Positions 20,004 through 30,510 of a stretch of DNA of 64,000 nt are shown here, one piece after another. The notes beneath the pieces are model-generated. The model ran no database searches and was not told the DNA's origin. It worked only from the letters and a program-made list of their open reading frames with translations. How positions within the stretch are numbered: position 1 is the stretch's first letter; every line of letters starts with the position of its first letter. Origin of the DNA: Paramoeba atlantica (lineage: Eukaryota; Protista; Discosea); the NCBI GenBank assembly GCA_977017575.1, contig CDRNVI010000083.1, forward strand, positions 372,001 through 436,000. Direction: 5' to 3'. A program made the position numbers and the translations under genes.

Positions 20004-23000
20004 GTAGACGAACCAAGTAGGTCCATTGGGGGGGGTATACGAGTTGAAAACAAACAATCAAATTAGCAATTCTTTTTCTGTCCACAGATGTACCTTTTTT
20101 CTTAGCCCAAAACTAGCAATTTAGTCTCCCCTAAGTATATACTACAAACAAGAAAAACAGTAAAAATTAAAACAAGCAATCCATGCCCAATCCATTCGCG
20201 CGTTCCGGACCGGGTCTTTCGACCTCTCCACGGCCTGACTTGTGAACCCTTCCCTTGCTATACGGGAGGGCGCAGGCGCGGGCCTGTGTCGACAGCGACA
20301 CGGTCACGAAACAGGATGCTGGCCGACGGGGAGGAGATTCACTACCCGTGTACTACCTCACTTGGGGTACCTAGCCCTCGCGGGCTAGGCGTGAGTATAG
20401 ACTCTGTCGACCCGACCAGCACCCGTCCTGGATACCATGGCGTCTTCGTGCTGAAATAGGACTGTCAGTCCGAATCCCTACCTATCTCACCTTGGGGTAC
20501 CTCACTCACGAAGGCGAGGCGTGAGAATAGGCACTGTAGGCTCGATCGCTCCTGCCGGTCCGCAGCTGGCACGATTTGGTGTGGTGTCAGAGGGTGCCTC
20601 GTTCAGTAAAGCGAGACTGGCATGGATATCCACGTCTGCCATGCGTCTTACAAGCATTCGTGCCTGAGACCGCATGAGCGTAACGTTCATGTCCTGGAGA
20701 AGAAAAAACATTGACGCTTGCTCGGACATATCACCCTTACATGCTGCGGCTCTTTTTCCCGCGATCTTCTTCAGCATATGGAGGGACGTCGGGCTCCATG
20801 ATCCGTACGATTCCACTACCATGGCGGTGAAATCATGTCCGGCCTCTATAGCCTCTTGCCTTTGTCCACGCTTGTGGTTCGTTGCATATTTCTCTGCGAA
20901 GGCCCCTGCAGCTACCATGCCAGCAGAACGGACCAGGTCCGTATATTTCTGTTGCTGGACGTGGGTCACCGCAAAATCAAAGACAAGGCCTTTACCGAGC
21001 GTGTAGCTCGGAAGGAACACATCCCCTGGTCTTGTGAGTGCCCCCCCTGGACCTCTGTTGCCGAGGCTGTGCTCCCTTTTCGGAGACAAATTGGCCTTTT
21101 GACAAACGTCAAAGAACTGGAGGGCCAAGGCATTATGCCTCGCAGAGATCCCGTAGTCGTGTTTACAGACCAATGCGTGGTCTCCTTGTGGTCCCATCGG
21201 AAGCGTGCAGCCTGAGACGGGACAGGGGTGTGTTTCTGGATATACTTTTTGTCCTAGCCACCAGGTGCACAGGGTGCGGAACTCCGTTTTAGTAAAGGCG
21301 TGCCCCTTTTCCCTGGAGGGCGTGACAAACAGCCAGTCACCTGCCCCTTTTCCAGATTGAGATATCCAACGTGCCCTCGTTTGAGGATCAGCTTTCTGAT
21401 ATGCATCGGTGTACTCGCGGGAAGAAATTGCACGGCTGAGCACCTTTTGGCGTGCGACTCGGTCGTTGGAAGATGAAAACTCGTGGTCGAGTTTCGTTTG
21501 TTCAAAGTAAGGGGTCGTCGTGTCTCCGGGTGGTGCTACGGGAAGATTCGCCGGGAGAGGTCGTTTTGATCCACGGAGACCCAGTACTTTTTTGAGGTGA
21601 GAGAGAGAGGAAGCGTGCTGAGGGGAAATTAGACCGGTTTTCTCTTCCAGGACGCTGGTGCCCGCTCGTGAATTGACGTCCAGTACTGCATCAGCAAAAT
21701 CTTTTGCGTCGAGGGAGTTCCAGTTGTCCTTATCCGCTGCGAAAGAGACTGAGGAAACGTACGCCGATGAGGCATGCATCGCTGAAGAGCGCAGCCCGAA
21801 TCCACCGTAAGATTTTGGACGTTGTACTTGTGCGGCAGCATCTTCATTTAAAGGACATATAGAGCGTTCCGTGGTATGTAGTATTGCTGTGTCAAGTTCT
21901 TCGCATAACTCATGGACGGAATTGGTGGGTGTGGTTCTAAGAGAATATGCCATTTGGCTGAAACCAGCACACTGTCGGATGAGTGCGAGGGAAACTTGCG
22001 GGTCTTCCATGTATTCGATCGCGGCTAGGGATTCTTCAGCAGGCAACAGGGTGTGTTCACGGAGAAATTCTGTGCAGAAATCAGTCGTTCCTACAGGGCT
22101 ACCTAAAATTGAAAAATTTCCCTCGCTTGTCTTTTTAGTCGTCGGGATGTTGCCGAAGCTGTCCAGGTGTTCGGCGGATTCAGGATGTGTGATCGCCTCG
22201 CACTTGTTGGCGTTTAGGAAGATGCCCCACTGTGGGCCGACTCGTTCGATGATGTCTAAAGCTCGTCTGACGTCTTGAGCCTTCCCCCCGAGAATGCCGT
22301 CATCCAAATACCACAGATTAAGCTTAAGAAGACCAGGAAGTTGTCGATCTATCTCGGTAGTAACCAGTTGCATGACGAGGGAAAAAAGTAAAGGACCCAA
22401 CGGATCCCCTTGTTGCACACCCTCCTTTGAAGAAATCTGACGGAAACCGTAAGTGAGAATACTCTCGGTGGTGTAACACCATTCAACCCACGGGGAGAGC
22501 TCCGGGAAGTGCTCCCTCGTAAGTGCAGCAAAGGCAGTTCTTGAGATGTTGTTAAAGGCATTTCGCAGATCCACTTTACATAGCGTGAAATCAGAACTTC
22601 CCGCCTGAGAGGCCATCACGTGCCTACACAGGTGGATCAGGCGTTCGGCCCCTGCAGGTGTTGCGACTCCGTATTGATGAGGCCAGAGTAGTTTGCTTGC
22701 CTTTTCCTTTACTGCGGAGCAGGCCGCTTTGCTCACAAGTCGCCTTATTGTTTCGCCGGCAGCAATAGGACGGACATCATTTTCTCCTTTTTCTAAGGCA
22801 CATAGTCTGGCGCCGCCGAAGAACTTCTGGACTTGGAGACAACCTTTCCCGGACAGCAAGAGGTTCATGACTTCCTTGAGATAGAAAAGCGGCTGTACCT
22901 TGTCATCAGGGTGTGCTGCTAAGGCGCTCTGGAGATGCTCAGGGCGGAGGCCCATGGTGCCAGCCGATGTTCCGCGCCGGAAACTGCGTAGTGCCTTTTC

Positions 23001-23998
23001 AACTTCGCCTTCGGATAGATGTAAAGGCTCTCCTTCTATGGGTCGGAATGTGACGGAAGATGATAAAGGCAATCTACCTGGGTGCTTCGATTGGAGTTTT
23101 TCGTAAGTTTCTTCGGATTCAGGTGCCATCGGTGCTGCTGTAAGGGCTGCCATCGCACGGGAAAACTCCCCTTGTCTGGCCAGCCACTCGACTCGTTTCG
23201 CCGCCTTGCCGGACTCGTCCACTTCCTCATCGTCGCTCCTCTCCCGCTTCTTTACCATTTGCGCAACAGATTCGTTCCACAGTGCCGCGTATTCCCTGGA
23301 TTCCCAGCGATCCATGCGTTGGCTCGTTTTCGTGGTATAGGACGAATTTCCTTTTCGTCCCCCTCTTTTGGGCGCGGGCAGGACACATTTTGGGAGCATC
23401 GCTAAGCGTGTCCAGGCCTCAACCGAGTTCTCTCTAACCACTGCAGCCATTGTTTGAGTCAAAACAGAGGCCCACTGTTGTCTGCATCGGAATGGTACAT
23501 CTTTGCATGTGTTGATGGCGTAAGAGCAGACACAATCAAGAGACGGGAGCGAATCCTTGTAAATTTGGGAAATGGAAGCCTCTTCGGTTTCTGGCTCACA
23601 GGTTAGCGACGAGGTGTAAGAGCCCAAGGAGTCTTGACATTTTTCCTCATGGGAAGCTTTTTTATTGTGATCATAGTGCTTGCCGCATGAGGGGCATAAG
23701 AAACGTCCTTCTTTTTCCCACCATTCCGAAGGCACAGTATCGCTATGTTGGCTTGCGACGTGATGGTAGTAGGCCTGCCACTTCCCTCCGTGTGATGCGG
23801 TGCTCCAGTTGCACACTTCGACTGGACAGGTGCGACGTCTCATTGTGTCTCGTCTAGCTGGTTGGCGAGTCTTGGAATCTTTACTAACCCCTCTCTCGAA
23901 AATTTTGGGCGTCGACTTTTGGCTAGAAAGAGGGCTTTTTCGTGGGAGAAGCCTCGCTGTGGCCATGGAATGTGGTTCGTACCGCTCTGGGGTTTGGC
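19975..23998 (-). mobile_element. Family D1 near-full-length CRE-like element (no SL, probably 5'-truncated)
   Basis: Long ORF, 3' UTR and T-run 19975-20003. The 5' end is fused to the poly(A) of the upstream retrocopy. Confidence 0.92.
20502..23966 (-). CDS. Zinc-finger-RT-RLE polyprotein (family D1)
   Basis: CPVEVC...HHVASQH and FLCPSCGKH...HEEKC fingers; VRPIAAGE, VDLRNAFN, GVQQGDPLGPLLF, WYLDD; CPVSGC...HALVC...HN; RPGDVFL...FDFAV...ESYGSW. The start Met (MATARL) is uncertain; the poly-K upstream is translated poly(A). Confidence 0.88.
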   Translation of the reverse strand: MATARLLPRKSPLSSQKSTPKIFERGVSKDSKTRQPARRDTMRRRTCPVEVCNWSTASHGGKWQAYYHHVASQHSDTVPSEWWEKEGRFLCPSCGKHYDHNKKASHEEKCQDSLGSYTSSLTCEPETEEASISQIYKDSLPSLDCVCSYAINTCKDVPFRCRQQWASVLTQTMAAVVRENSVEAWTRLAMLPKCVLPAPKRGGRKGNSSYTTKTSQRMDRWESREYAALWNESVAQMVKKRERSDDEEVDESGKAAKRVEWLARQGEFSRAMAALTAAPMAPESEETYEKLQSKHPGRLPLSSSVTFRPIEGEPLHLSEGEVEKALRSFRRGTSAGTMGLRPEHLQSALAAHPDDKVQPLFYLKEVMNLLLSGKGCLQVQKFFGGARLCALEKGENDVRPIAAGETIRRLVSKAACSAVKEKASKLLWPHQYGVATPAGAERLIHLCRHVMASQAGSSDFTLCKVDLRNAFNNISRTAFAALTREHFPELSPWVEWCYTTESILTYGFRQISSKEGVQQGDPLGPLLFSLVMQLVTTEIDRQLPGLLKLNLWYLDDGILGGKAQDVRRALDIIERVGPQWGIFLNANKCEAITHPESAEHLDSFGNIPTTKKTSEGNFSILGSPVGTTDFCTEFLREHTLLPAEESLAAIEYMEDPQVSLALIRQCAGFSQMAYSLRTTPTNSVHELCEELDTAILHTTERSICPLNEDAAAQVQRPKSYGGFGLRSSAMHASSAYVSSVSFAADKDNWNSLDAKDFADAVLDVNSRAGTSVLEEKTGLISPQHASSLSHLKKVLGLRGSKRPLPANLPVAPPGDTTTPYFEQTKLDHEFSSSNDRVARQKVLSRAISSREYTDAYQKADPQTRARWISQSGKGAGDWLFVTPSREKGHAFTKTEFRTLCTWWLGQKVYPETHPCPVSGCTLPMGPQGDHALVCKHDYGISARHNALALQFFDVCQKANLSPKREHSLGNRGPGGALTRPGDVFLPSYTLGKGLVFDFAVTHVQQQKYTDLVRSAGMVAAGAFAEKYATNHKRGQRQEAIEAGHDFTAMVVESYGSWSPTSLHMLKKIAGKRAAACKGDMSEQASMFFLLQDMNVTLMRSQARMLVRRMADVDIHASLALLNEAPSDTTPNRASCGPAGAIEPTVPILTPRLRE

Positions 23999-24117
23999 TT
24001 TTTTTTTTTTTTTTTTTTTTTAAGTCTTTTTTTTTTACGTGACTCGATAAGTTCATCTCGCACATCAACTTCTTATCGACTTTACATCACAACTTGCGGG
24101 AGGACGCAGACTAGTCC

Positions 24118-25872
24118 TCACGTTTCTCTTAGCTTTCCGTGAGCGCGAAGATTGCTCATCCGGAAGTTGACGAAACCCAGCCGAGCTGAAAGGAGGTTTG
24201 GGCGCTCGAGGCCAGAAATCACAACCTGCGGATAAGACACCAACACGCTTCGCGCAGACAAGTCCTCATGGCACGTTTCCCGTAGCTTTCCGTGAGCGCG
24301 AAGATTACTCATCCGGAAGTTGACGAAACCAAGCCAAGCTGAAAGGAGGTTTGGGCGCTCGAGGTCAGAAATCACAACCTGCGGATAAGAAACCAACACG
24401 CTTCGCGCAGACAAGTCCTCATGGCACGTTTCCCGTAGCTTTCCGTGAGCGCGAAGATTACTCATCCGGAAGTTGACGAAACCCAGCCGAGCTGAAAGGA
24501 GGTTTGGGCGCTCGAGGCCAGAAATCACAACCTGCGGATAAGAAACCAACACGCTTCGCGCAGACAAGTCCTCATGGCACGTCTCCCGTAGCTTTCCGTG
24601 AGCGCGAAGATTACTCATCCGGAAGTTGACGAAACCCAGCCGAGCTGAAAGGAGGTTTGGGCGCTCGAGGCCAGAAATCACAACCTGCGGATAAGAAACC
24701 AACACGCTTCGCGCAGACAAGTCCTCATGGCACGTTTCCCGTAGCTTTCCGTGAGCGCGAAGATTGCTCATCCGGAAGTTGACGAAACCAAGCCAAGCTG
24801 AAAGGAGGTTTGGGCGCTCGAGGTCAGAAATCACAACCTGCGGATAAGAAACCAACACGCTTCGCGCAGACAAGTCCTCATGGCACGTTTCCCGTAGCTT
24901 TCCGTGAGCGCGAAGATTACTCATCCGGAAGTTGACGAAACCCAGCCGAGCTGAAAGGAGGTTTGGGCGCTCGAGGCCAGAAATCACAACCTGCGGATAA
25001 GAAACCAACACGCTTCGCGCAGACAAGTCCTCATGGCACGTCTCCCGTAGCTTTCCGTGAGCGCGAAGATTACTCATCCGGAAGTTGACGAAACCCAGCC
25101 GAGCTGAAAGGAGGTTTGGGCGCTCGAGGCCAGAAATCACAACCTGCGGATAAGAAACCAACACGCTTCGCGCAGACAAGTCCTCATGGCACGTTTCCCG
25201 TAGCTTTCCGTGAGCGCGAAGATTGCTCATCCGGAAGTTGACGAAACCCAGCCGAGCTGAAAGGAGGTTTGGGCGCTCGAGGCCAGAAATCACAACCTGC
25301 GGATAAGAAACCAACACGCTTCGCGCAGACAAGTCCTCATGGCACGTTTCCCGTAGCTTTCCGTGAGCGCGAAGATTGCTCATCCGGAAGTTGACGAAAC
25401 CCAGCCGAGCTGAAAGGAGGTTTGGGCGCTCGAGGCCAGAAATCACAACCTGCGGATAAGAAACCAACACGCTTCGCGCAGACAAGTCCTCATGGCACGT
25501 TTCCCGTAGCTTTCCGTGAGCGCGAAGATTACGCATCCGGAAGTTGACGAAACCCAGCCGAGCTGAAAGGAGGTTTGGGCGCTCGAGGCCAGAAATCACA
25601 ACCTGCGGATAAGAAACCAACACGCTTCGCGCAGACAAGTCCTCATGGCACGTTTCCCGTAGCTTTCCGTGAGCGCGAAGATTGCTCATCCGGAAGTTGA
25701 CGAAACCCAGCCGAGCTGAAAGGAGGTTTGGGCGCTCGAGGCCAGAAATCACAACCTGCGGATAAGACAACGACACGCTTCGCGCAGACATGTCCTCATG
25801 GCACGTTTCCCGTAGCTTTCCGGGAGCCTTTCTCCTCTTTCGAATGATGGGGCGCGTGCCCCCGGCAGACAT
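24118..25872 (-). CDS. 584-aa protein composed of ~11 copies of a 51-aa repeat; function unknown
   Basis: MSAGGTRPIIRKRRKAP followed by (GKLRETCHEDLSARSVLVSYPQVVISGLERPNLLSARLGFVNFRMSNLRAH)n. It is the only minus-strand frame open through the repeat, and ATG lies 24 nt after the SL. The upstream part of the listed 716-aa ORF is family C sequence plus SL. Confidence 0.55.
   Translation of the reverse strand: MSAGGTRPIIRKRRKAPGKLRETCHEDMSARSVSLSYPQVVISGLERPNLLSARLGFVNFRMSNLRAHGKLRETCHEDLSARSVLVSYPQVVISGLERPNLLSARLGFVNFRMRNLRAHGKLRETCHEDLSARSVLVSYPQVVISGLERPNLLSARLGFVNFRMSNLRAHGKLRETCHEDLSARSVLVSYPQVVISGLERPNLLSARLGFVNFRMSNLRAHGKLRETCHEDLSARSVLVSYPQVVISGLERPNLLSARLGFVNFRMSNLRAHGKLRETCHEDLSARSVLVSYPQVVISGLERPNLLSARLGFVNFRMSNLRAHGKLRETCHEDLSARSVLVSYPQVVISDLERPNLLSAWLGFVNFRMSNLRAHGKLRETCHEDLSARSVLVSYPQVVISGLERPNLLSARLGFVNFRMSNLRAHGKLRETCHEDLSARSVLVSYPQVVISGLERPNLLSARLGFVNFRMSNLRAHGKLRETCHEDLSARSVLVSYPQVVISDLERPNLLSAWLGFVNFRMSNLRAHGKLRETCHEDLSARSVLVSYPQVVISGLERPNLLSARLGFVNFRMSNLRAHGKLRET
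24122..25812. repeat. 153-bp tandem repeat, ~11 units
   Basis: cgtagctttccgtgagcgcg recurs at 24281, 24434 and onward. A variant unit (aagccaag...gaggtcaga) recurs 459 bp apart. Confidence 0.97.
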
Positions 25873-25895
25873 CAGGTTTAAAAACTTAAAAAAAA

Positions 25896-25931
25896 CAACA
25901 AGGTACAGAAACTGTATCTTTATCGTTAAAG
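25896..25931 (-). other. Spliced-leader exon sequence (36 nt)
   Basis: Minus strand CTTTAACGATAAAGATACAGTTTCTGTACCTTGTTG, followed by a T-rich UTR and not GT. Confidence 0.87.
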
Positions 25932-26277
25932 TCCCAGAGCATTTAACGCATCCGGACACGTGAGCAATTGCGCTGCTGGAGGTGAGGAGAACGTGGCACC
26001 CAGGACATTGTACCTTCGATGGTAGCAACGGATGCTCTATTCCGAAACGGGGCATTATCGCCAACGTGAAAAGTCGCGAAGGAATGAATTTGGTGCAAGC
26101 GGTGAGCCAATTGTAATTCCCTTTCGCACTGGCCACACGAATGATATCAGCCTGACCCTTGTCTTTCATCAAAGACTCGCGCACTGCATTGTGGTGGACT
26201 TCTTCCGTAACCGCTTCATCAGTGAGAGGTCGTTGGCTGGAGAGCGAGTTCAGCGCTGGCAAATCCATTAGAGTAGC
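25932..26277 (-). mobile_element. Family C copy 3, internal fragment upstream of the 10.9-kb insertion
   Basis: MDLPALNSL...ADIIRVASAKGNYNW...CVKCSG. Matches 11907-12055 joined to 7730-7934. Confidence 0.88.
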
Positions 26278-26304
26278 ATAAAAATCCTTTTATGACTAAA
26301 ATAT

Positions 26305-26707
26305 CTTTTTTTTTTGCCCGTGGAGCGCATATATTATATACGCGCCGATTACTATCAAATGTGAGACATGTTCACCTTCCCCCCTTCTCTCAATTTTCAA
26401 AGAGAAACTATCCCGAAAATGAGATCTATATAATTTTATAAGCTGATTCAGCTTATAGTGATATTGTGTTTAGAACTTATATACTATATTCTTGAGTTTG
26501 CGTGCAGCCGTCTAAGTATTTCTTTAGCTGCGCATAAATCCCTAATCCATTAAGCTCCTGAATCGTCAGCTTCATTTCGAGTTCGACCTGTTTCCTGTTT
26601 AGCATGGCCGCGTCTGCTAGCGAGTGTACCAAGTTCTGCGTATTGCGGTGCAAAGCGCCTCCTGCCAGTACGGGTAAACATTGAAATGAGTCTTCACGAA
26701 TTAAGTT
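26305..26707 (-). mobile_element. Family B copy 2, 3' end with poly(A)
   Basis: NLIREDSFQCL...TQEYSI stop, 3' UTR, T-run 26305-26315. Continues 28065 across the TSD ATTAAGTT. Confidence 0.9.
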
Positions 26708-28064
26708 ACTCCACGAGCCAAAAGACTCGACAACCATGGCCGTGAACCCTAGTTGTGCTTCTTCTTTTTTTTTTTTTTTTTTTTTTTTAGGTCCTCGCCG
26801 GTGTTCTCTTCATCGAAGGTCCCCACTACCCAACATCATCTGGTATTTTTATCTTATGAGCCGTCATTACTGTTTTTTTTTGTGTTATCTTGTGTGCTTT
26901 TGGCCCGATTTCCGGAGTAACTTCAAAGATTCAGCATTGTAGACTTCCTACCCAATGTTCTTGGGCCATATATATAAACTTTTAGAACTTGATAAAATTG
27001 ATAACCATTGCACATACTCAGTTCCACTTTTTACCTATCTTTATCACCAATGTCTGTCCTAAGATGTTGCAACGTCTTGAGATTAAAACCAAATCATCAT
27101 CTAGCATTTTAGCTTATGTGCCGTCATCACTGTTTTTTTTTTGTGTGTTATCTTGTGTGCTTTTGGCACGATTTCCGGAGTAACTTCAAAGATTCAGCAT
27201 TGCAGACTTCCTACCCAATGTTCTTGGGCCATATATTGCCGCAGTTGCGAGAAGATAGTGTATGCGGAGAATTTTTCAATTTCCAATTGGAATGCTTCTC
27301 GAGTGTTTTCTACGTCTAGGCCTGCCCTATTTGCCAGTGTCTTGAGGAGTTCCTTAGTTTCCTTGTGAAGAAGACCACAATCTGTTACTGGTATGCAGCG
27401 AAAGTATTCTTGGTCCAATCCTTTTTCCTGCACATATTTCCGTTGCTTACGGTCTACCGCATTTTGGAGGAGGGCAACGCTTGTCTGCCGCTTGTAGCTC
27501 CCACAACAAGTGTGCACCACTGTCACATCGTAGAGTATCTCCCCAACATTTGGCCACATTATGGCCAGATCAGGGCCTGAACGAATTCTCCGAGCACGAC
27601 AAGGATGATGTTCTGCAGCTTCAGGTGAAATGGAACATTTGCACTTCGTGCAGAAGAAGGAAGAATGAAGGCGTGGTTCTATAGCGCAGGGTACTCCAGC
27701 TTTGGCACAAAGATCGGAAAGGTAGCGCACGATGTGGGAGTGCTTTCTCGTACAGTTCATCCCTGCACATCTTGAACACCCAGCTACATGTGAAATGATT
27801 CCATGTGGTGTTTCCGTGGCGCCGCATCCTGGACAAGTAATTTCATTCGGCGCACCTTGGAGTGCGATACCAAGCCGCATCATGAGTGTATATCGGAAGA
27901 GATACGGATTCACGTAATTATTTGTCGCTGCCAAGTGGAGATTTGCTTTTTTGATCGCTTCATAATGCCCGCAAATCTATCCTTTTGCATCAGTTCTGAA
28001 GCCAGTGTTTCATGTTCTAACTTAATCTGCTTTTTGAAATCAGTACGTGCGGCTTGGCTGGAGG
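26708..28064 (-). mobile_element. Composite insertion: family A 3' fragment + poly(A) + 57-nt D-type RLE fragment
   Basis: 8-bp TSD ATTAAGTT at 26700-26707 and 28065-28072. 26789-28060 matches A1; T-run 26765-26788; 26708-26764 encodes EAQLGFTAMVVESFGSWS. Confidence 0.87.
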
Positions 28065-30510
28065 ATTAAGTTCGTACGTACATATGTGTTGGACTTTCGC
28101 TGCAGCGCGTCATTCATGAGCTGTGTGCATTTCTTTCCACGATTAGACATTGAGAGTTCGTGAATAACTGTCAGATCATAGAAGACCGCACCCATGTTCC
28201 AATAGATCACGAGATCGGGGCCAGACCGACAAAGTTTTTTTCCTGCACAAGTCTTCTGATGTACCAACTGGTTTTCCGGACTGATTGTGGATCGGCAAGC
28301 GATGCACTTCCACGTAGAAAAGTTTCTAGGTTCCGTTTCACATGGGATGCCTGCTTTCACGCATAGACGATGTAAAAATCCGACAAGTGAGTTATGTTTC
28401 ACGGTCGTATTTATACCTGAACATTGAGCACAGCCTGGGATATGGGTGAGGGCGTTTCGGTTATTGAGGAGAATACCGCACCCTGGACACAATAGACTGG
28501 TAGGTAGATCTGGGTGTTGGGCATTTAGTCGTGGCATAATCGCGAGTTTGAAGAGATGGGAAGGGATGTACTTCGCGTTGGAAAGGATCCAGTCGCTGTT
28601 TCCTTTGAAGGATGTGGCTTGTAGAATGGGCTTAATGTCGGGATCCGTTTGCAACTCTTTCAATACTTCGACATGATGAATGCTGGTGGAAGCTTTTTCG
28701 TCCACTGGTATGACTTTCATTGTCGAGTTCTTAGGAATAGACGGGTGTGATGGCACCGCGTTGTCGATCCGAGCTGAAAAAGAGTTTCGGCGCTCAAGAA
28801 CCGAGTAGCGGGATGCCACATATGCCGTCTCCCTAAGGGGACTGCTCGCTGTCAAACCCATTCCTCCCTTCTTAACGGGTAATCGTACAATTTTCATTTG
28901 ATCAGGAGAGAGTGGACCAATCCAAGTCTCTACCACATTTTCAACCTCTTGATCGAATTGTGATGATGCTTTCTCTGTTGTTTCGGGCGGGTGGACACGA
29001 ATCAGGTATTGTTGACGAACATTGGCACATTTTGCTAAAAGAATCATCGATATATTATTGATGCCCATTCGTTTTAGCCGCCGAAAAGCTGTGACCTGCT
29101 TCTCTAGTTGACGCAAAAGTCGTTCACTTATTGTGTTGTTTTCTCCAATATACGCTCCGAGTACTTTGACCGCTTCGTCCTCCGACTTTACACCTTGGGT
29201 GCTCAGCGAATTCGGTATGGAATTTCCGGATTTTCCTCTGAACCAAACGCATTTTGCCTCGGCTAGTTTCACCTGTTTTTCTTCTAGGAGACCTTTGAGC
29301 CTAAAGAATGCTTTCTCCAGTTCGGTTGAATCTCGAGACACTAACGTTATATCGTCAATGTATGCATTTATTTCAATACCTGGAAATTCGGAGGCCAGTG
29401 TCTCGAGTATTGGTTGACAGAATACGCAAAAGTAAAGACTAGCCAGAGCGGACCCTTGCCGTACACCTGCTGAGCTCATTATAATGTCCGTCAGGCTGCC
29501 ATCGGAGCCATAAAATAAAAGTTCGGAAGCATTTGAATATTCGGCCGCAAAGAACCTTTGAAAGGGTTTCAGTGTAGCGAAAGCAAAAACGCACTTTGCA
29601 ATTTCCTCTCGTGAGGGTGAGTTGAATGCATTTTGCATATCCACAGTCAGGATTGAGTGTCCGTCAAGCCAGCGGTCCCGCAACTTGTGTACGATTCGTT
29701 CGCACCCCGCTTGAGAGAATACGCCTTGTTGCATTGGTGCAAAGAGGGGTTCCAGTGACTTTTCGTATCTTTGCAGCAGAATTATTCCAGCTAATTTGCT
29801 AAATATTTCTCCAATAGCTACTGGGCGTACTCCCCCGTTGGGCTTGTCGATGGCTACGAGTCTTGCCCGATTTAGACGCTGTAGAACTTGTCTAGATAGG
29901 AATCCGTTGATCAGATCGCTCATCATGTGACAAAGACTATTGCAACATGGCTCGTCGTCTATGAGAAGTCTAACGATGCTGTCGGTCGTACCTGTAGGCC
30001 CAGGGCTCACACCTTTTGACAGTCGTCTACTTGCACATCTTAATTCTTGTACGGCTATTCCTGCGATAATCGGTGCATCTTCCGGAACTTTGAAATTGCA
30101 GTTTTGTTCTGGATGAAGTGCACGTAGTTTTTGGACTTTTTCTTGATCAGTCAACGTGCTCTTCTGAAAAGAACAGTCCAAAATCCTTGAAGCCTTCGAT
30201 GTACAGTTTTCTAGCACCAAACGAGTGGCCCGTTTGATTGCTCGCTTGTCCTCATGAAAAAACTCGTCTTCTGGTTGATTGTGTTCAACTGTCTCTTGTT
30301 GTATGGGTCTTCGCCGCCGTTGTCTACTATTGGCTTGACGCACAGAAGCTAATGAAAGTTTCATTGCAGACAAAACTTTATTCCAAATTTGATTTCTTTG
30401 TACGTAGTCGCTTTCTGCATAGATGTGCATGATGTCCCTGTATATGGCAATCACACTGGAGATAAAATCAGGACTAATGGTTTTCGCGGTTGGAATTGGG
30501 AGATGGTCTA
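28065..30510 (-). mobile_element. Family B copy 2, central part (RT to RLE)
   Basis: Near-identical to 8320-10765 (DHLPIPT...YVRTNLI). Confidence 0.93.

Larger units (their letters stand above)
23999..25931 (-). other. Complete processed retrocopy: SL, short 5' UTR, repeat ORF, 3' UTR, poly(A)
   Basis: SL 25896-25931, ATG 25872, stop 24118, T-run 23999-24021. Confidence 0.82.

Noticed and set aside
25841-25856. 15-nt match tcgaatgatggggcg with ~60947 and ~63455
   Set aside because: A few 15-mer matches are expected by chance in 64 kb on two strands, orientations relative to the transcripts are opposite, and flanks do not extend.
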